Assembly (NCBI GenBank): GCA_051546255.1
Contig: CP128821.1
Location: 806,001 to 870,000, forward strand
Direction: 5' to 3'
Origin: Meyerozyma guilliermondii
Taxonomy: Eukaryota
DNA: 64,000 nt
Shown one piece after another: positions 61,301 through 64,000 of this stretch. Position 1 is the first letter of the stretch. The number at the start of each line of letters is the position of its first letter. A program made the position numbers and the translations under genes. The notes beneath the pieces are model-generated. The model had not been told where the DNA came from and made no database searches. It saw only the letters and a program-made list of their open reading frames with translations.

Positions 61301-61784
61301 ATGGAGTCTCAGACGAAGAAGCTAACGTTGAAATTTCAGATGACCAACTTGGCACACTCGAAGTGATTTCACCTGACGAAGTTTCACTTGAAGTGGTACA
61401 TGGAGTTTCGGTCGATGAAGTCCATGAAGTCTCTGAAGAAGAAGCTTCGGTTGATGTGGTACATAGAGTTTCGGTCGATGAGGCTGCAATTGACGGGGTT
61501 TCACTTGTGGTACAAGGAGTCTCGGTTGACGAAGTTTCACTTGGCAAAGTCTCACTGGTACTTGGAGTCTCTGACGGAACTTCCGTCGAAGAAGTTTCAG
61601 ACGACGTGGTACATGGAGTTTCTGAAGGTTGTGTTGGTGTTGGTGTCGTCGATGTGGGCGCTGTGGATGTAGTGCTGGTGGTACATGGGGTTGAAGTTGT
61701 ACTAGGTATTGGTTGTGAATCGAAATTCGCAAAAACGAACGGCAAGAAAAGTCCGAAAACAACTACAGGCTGAGAGCGAACCAT
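58332..61784 (-). CDS. GPI-anchored Ser/Thr-rich cell-wall protein / adhesin-like with internal repeats
   Basis: Signal peptide, long S/T repeat stalk, Cys repeats, Pro/Gly spacer, C-terminal VSALEGKA + hydrophobic GPI signal. Confidence 0.9.
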   Translation of the reverse strand: MVRSQPVVVFGLFLPFVFANFDSQPIPSTTSTPCTTSTTSTAPTSTTPTPTQPSETPCTTSSETSSTEVPSETPSTSETLPSETSSTETPCTTSETPSIAASSTETLCTTSTEASSSETSWTSSTETPCTTSSETSSGEITSSVPSWSSEISTLASSSETPCTTSSETWSSVVSSWTVPTSSETPCTTSSESSLAGKSSIVPSSSEIWSSTVSSWTVPTSSQTPCTTSSESSVAGRSSSETWSSTVSSWTVPSSSETPCTTSSESSVAGKSSSIPASSESWSSVSSWTVPSSSESWSSVVSSWTVSSSSETSCTTSSESSVAGRSSSVPSSSESWSSTVSSWTVSSSSETWSSTVSSWTVPSSSETPCTTSSESSVAGRSSSVSSWTVPSSSETPCTTSSESSLAGKSSSESWSSTVSSWTVPSSSETPCTTSSESSVAGRSSSVPFSSETWSSTVSSWSVPSSTETPCTTSSVPSSIASSSIVTSTIVISSTVTLSSETPSVSSSSIRPSSRSAELSSWTVPSSSESWSSIASSWTVPSSSETWSSTVSSWTVPSSSSETPSVSSTSIKPSSRSAELSSSIVTSTIMTSSTVTLSSETPSVSSSSIRPSSRSAELSSSTVPSSIVTSTIVTSSTVTLSSETPSVSSSSIRPSSRSVASSSSDVTITITISSTVTLSSSETLLSSMSIANTSRTRSSSTVTLSSETPSSSSSITASSRSAELSSSMVTPTIVTSSTVTLSSSETLSPSMSIANTSRTRSSSTASSRSAELSSSDVTITVVVSSTVTLSSETSSVSPSSIAETSRTRELSSLTESTSTTTEFSTSIADTSRTRVLSSTTPTIITRTRTTSDTVTVPTSQLTPMKSILNTSKYPQKGITTITEQCEVCTEYTTVCPGPSGSQTSKVVVTTTGTETITTTVPCVTETEHCEVCAEYTTVYPGPGGTQTSKVVVTTAGTETITRTVPWVTETEYCEACTEYTTVYPGPGGSQTSKVVVTTSGTETITTTVPCITGAPVTVTMAHYTYTYQPGESVPTEATYETPVPGPEAPTVTVPGSNPEGTPGPGPAAETPTVFGSVPASETPVAPGPAPTSPGSAPGSPGSPSVVPGSPWSSTSSTYSPTVADESVSALEGKASRSGTSILIAALILGIMT
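58760..59155 (-). repeat. Three 132-bp (44-aa) Cys-containing repeats
   Basis: ACCACAACCTTGCTTGTTTGA recurs at 58804, 58936, 59068; unit CEVC-EYTTVYPGPGG-QTSKVVVTT-GTETITTTVPC. Confidence 0.9.
59270..61620 (-). repeat. Intragenic tandem repeat arrays (SSWTVPSSSETPCTTSSESSVAG units; SSTVTLSSETP...SRSAES units)
   Basis: Many near-identical nucleotide blocks, e.g. CTTTCGCTTGAAGTGGTACATGGAGTCTCCGACGAAG. Confidence 0.9.
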
Positions 61785-61813
61785 TCTGGAGAAAACCTAC
61801 ATTCGAGGGTCAC

Positions 61814-61821
61814 TATTTATA
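61814..61821 (-). promoter_or_regulatory. TATA box (TATAAATA) of the cell-wall gene
   Basis: About 30 bp upstream of ATG 61784. Confidence 0.55.
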
Positions 61822-64000
61822 TGTGCAAGGGACATTTGAACATCTTGCGCCATCCGCGCAACTCTGGTACCGAAAAAGATAAGTTCTGTCCATTTTTGAT
61901 CAATACGGCCCCTGATGAATTGCAGATCATTAAGCGTTGCTTGCACGCATGCCCGAAAGATCTATTACACTTCCCGATTAGCGAAATTGCATGCGTTATT
62001 TCAAACCATAGGTTAAACTTTTCGCATCGTCAAGAACGCAAACTACGCGATCGATGATGCTACTGATTCGTTTGAAACAAGAGAGTGACGGCTATCTGGC
62101 CTCACGACACTGTTAGTAGCTGTACGTTGTGGGAGGTTGCACTGGGCAATCAAGAATGTGCACCTTGCCCTTGTTGAACCTGCTGAGCAAATGCGGCAGA
62201 AGCTTGCATCACCGGCCAATACTACGTCATAGACGCAAAATAGCGCCTCTTGCAGCGATCGTCTTAATGAGTTTGTTTTTGCATAATACGAACACCAGTG
62301 TTTGTATACAAATCATGAAAGTGAAACTTATAGACATAAAAAATAAGTGCTACAACTTGAAATTTGCAACCAAAATGACAAAATGCAGTCTACAGGTCGT
62401 ATGATGAAGTCTGTCATATCGCGAAAAAAATTCCATATTACACAAATTCAGCAGCATTCATCACTATGACAATGCTTTTCGCAGGGTCTCGACCTTTTCG
62501 TTGCCCCGTAAAACCTTGTACACGGCAATTATATGAAAAAGCGAATTCTGCGACACATGCAAGGGATGGCGCGCGTGCGGCGACGTGCATATTCGGGGTG
62601 CAGCCATGCATAGTCGAGGTTTTCGAAACCGTTAAAAAATTTTGCGAAATAGGCTCGATGGTGAAATTCGCTGCACCATGGCATCAAGCTCACTTACACC
62701 ATGCCGATGCTTCGCCCTGCTCTACAGAAATGGATCAACTGTGCCTCGGAATAGCGTCGTGGTAGGGGCCCGTATGCATAGTGATGCACTCGTCGATCTT
62801 TCTTACATGCACAGACTGAGGCGGATGCATGTCGAGCAAACATGCTATTGAAGCAGATGAGGTTTAACCTACTTACAATGCGACCCCATTTTTTACACCT
62901 GAGTGTTACAAATACAACCTGTTCTGCTTGGGTGAATCCAATTGCCTTTTGACGGACTTGGCCAGCTCTTTCAGGAGTACTTGGCACGGCTGTTCAAAGT
63001 TTAGTTGAGTATGTACATTTCAACTATTATTTCGCATGCACGAAAGGCACCCCTGGCCAGTGCTGTTATGCGATGGGCATGCGATCATGTCCCTTTGTTC
63101 CTGATAAAAAACATCAATTTGAGCCGACCTGAAATTGAATCTGAAAGTTGGTGAAATAGGAATCAAAGTGATTGTTTTGAACTGGTTGTCCTTTCGCCCC
63201 CAAAGGTTTCGAAGTGTAATGATCTCTTCTGGAACGCATGGAATTTTCGCCTATCAGACATTATGTTGAGGCGGACGGGTACTCACTATGACGCAGGGAT
63301 CCGCCTGTGCGGCTCTCATGATGCAGATAATAAACGGAATCTCGGGATTTTTCCAATCGGAGCGGACGACATGCCAAATCTCCTCATCCACTTGAGTTGC
63401 GCACGAGATAATGTTTGCTTGGCGGAAGCAAACCATTCTGAAGGAAGTTTTTCACTCTCGCACTAAAGGCTAAATTATGCTTTTTTGTTCCGCAGTGTTC
63501 GGGAATGAATCGAATTCTAGTGCGATTCGTAGCCTGTGAAGATCCCGAGGAGACTTTTAAAAAATGGTTCTTAAAGCTTTGTTGGAGCAATGGTCCACAT
63601 CAATTGAGTGATGATGAAAAACTTTGAAAATGTATTTTTGATGGAAATATATTTTTAATGCAACACATGGGACCATCAATGCAACTACGTTTTGACCTGT
63701 TCATGTATATGGCCTCATACATGGGAGGGGTGTTGCCAGAAAATATGGAAGGCTTACTTAGAGCTGGTCATGATTTCAAATGGCAAAAGGCAGAAAAAAA
63801 TAAGTCCACATGGTGTCGTTTGCTAAACTCGGGTGTACGCAATCCGGTGAGTTTTACCTGGCTGTCACAGGTCTATGTGTTACGAAACTAGTCTGCCTCT
63901 GATAATTTTGATTAACTTCAGACAACCAACTGACAAGAAACCTTTCAAGACTAACCACCATCCGCTCGGCAACAATGCGAAAGCATCATCACCAAAAGAG

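Noticed and set aside
59113..61773. 886-aa acidic antisense ORF inside the cell-wall gene
   Set aside because: In this frame stops need T|TA, C|TA or T|CA on the sense strand (Tyr, His or Gln codons), which the Ser/Thr repeats nearly lack, so it is a passive mirror
61821..63891. Short ORFs of 60-99 aa in the terminal region
   Set aside because: No recognisable domains or coding-like composition; consistent with chance ORFs in a promoter

Overview
Eukaryotic nuclear DNA from a gene-dense budding yeast of the CUG-Ser (CTG) clade. CTG falls where Ser is conserved (ureohydrolase DTAV[S][12 protein letters not shown]5 KV[S]AP, Ser-rich adhesin repeats), so the supplied ORF translations mis-read CTG as Leu. 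The compact layout looks Meyerozyma/Debaryomycetaceae-like, but that is a guess. The window holds about 35 protein genes in order: ARG4, DED81, ProRS, HIS2, TAP42, SLM5, TIM9 (intron), a bromodomain gene, FEN2-like permease, amidase, SDD3, a UFD1/Zn-finger/AZUL protein, PRB1, RAD6 (intron), GEP7, an orphan, YTA12, a secreted EEP phosphoesterase, YJR098C-like, JJJ3, RPA49, VPS75, COQ6, TGL2, an ALDH, SIP3/LAM1, an SREBP-type bHLH, LMBR1-like, AST1-like, BOP3, SHQ1, DPH1, a ureohydrolase, a CPA2 antiporter and a repeat-rich GPI wall protein. I found no supportable tRNA, rRNA, transposon or CRISPR. Best leads: (1) the bromodomain gene sits in EAF5-syntenic position and may be an Eaf5 orthologue with an intact bromodomain, linking Eaf5 to BRD8/Bdc1; (2) a ~170-aa N-terminal insert in Yta12 with a homeodomain-like HTH and CxxC; (3) a recurrent promoter heptamer TTTCGCA; (4) a GATA-regulated amidase + permease pair; (5) a secreted phosphoesterase with Pho4-type sites. 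All family calls come from motif recognition and recalled sequences, not from searches.
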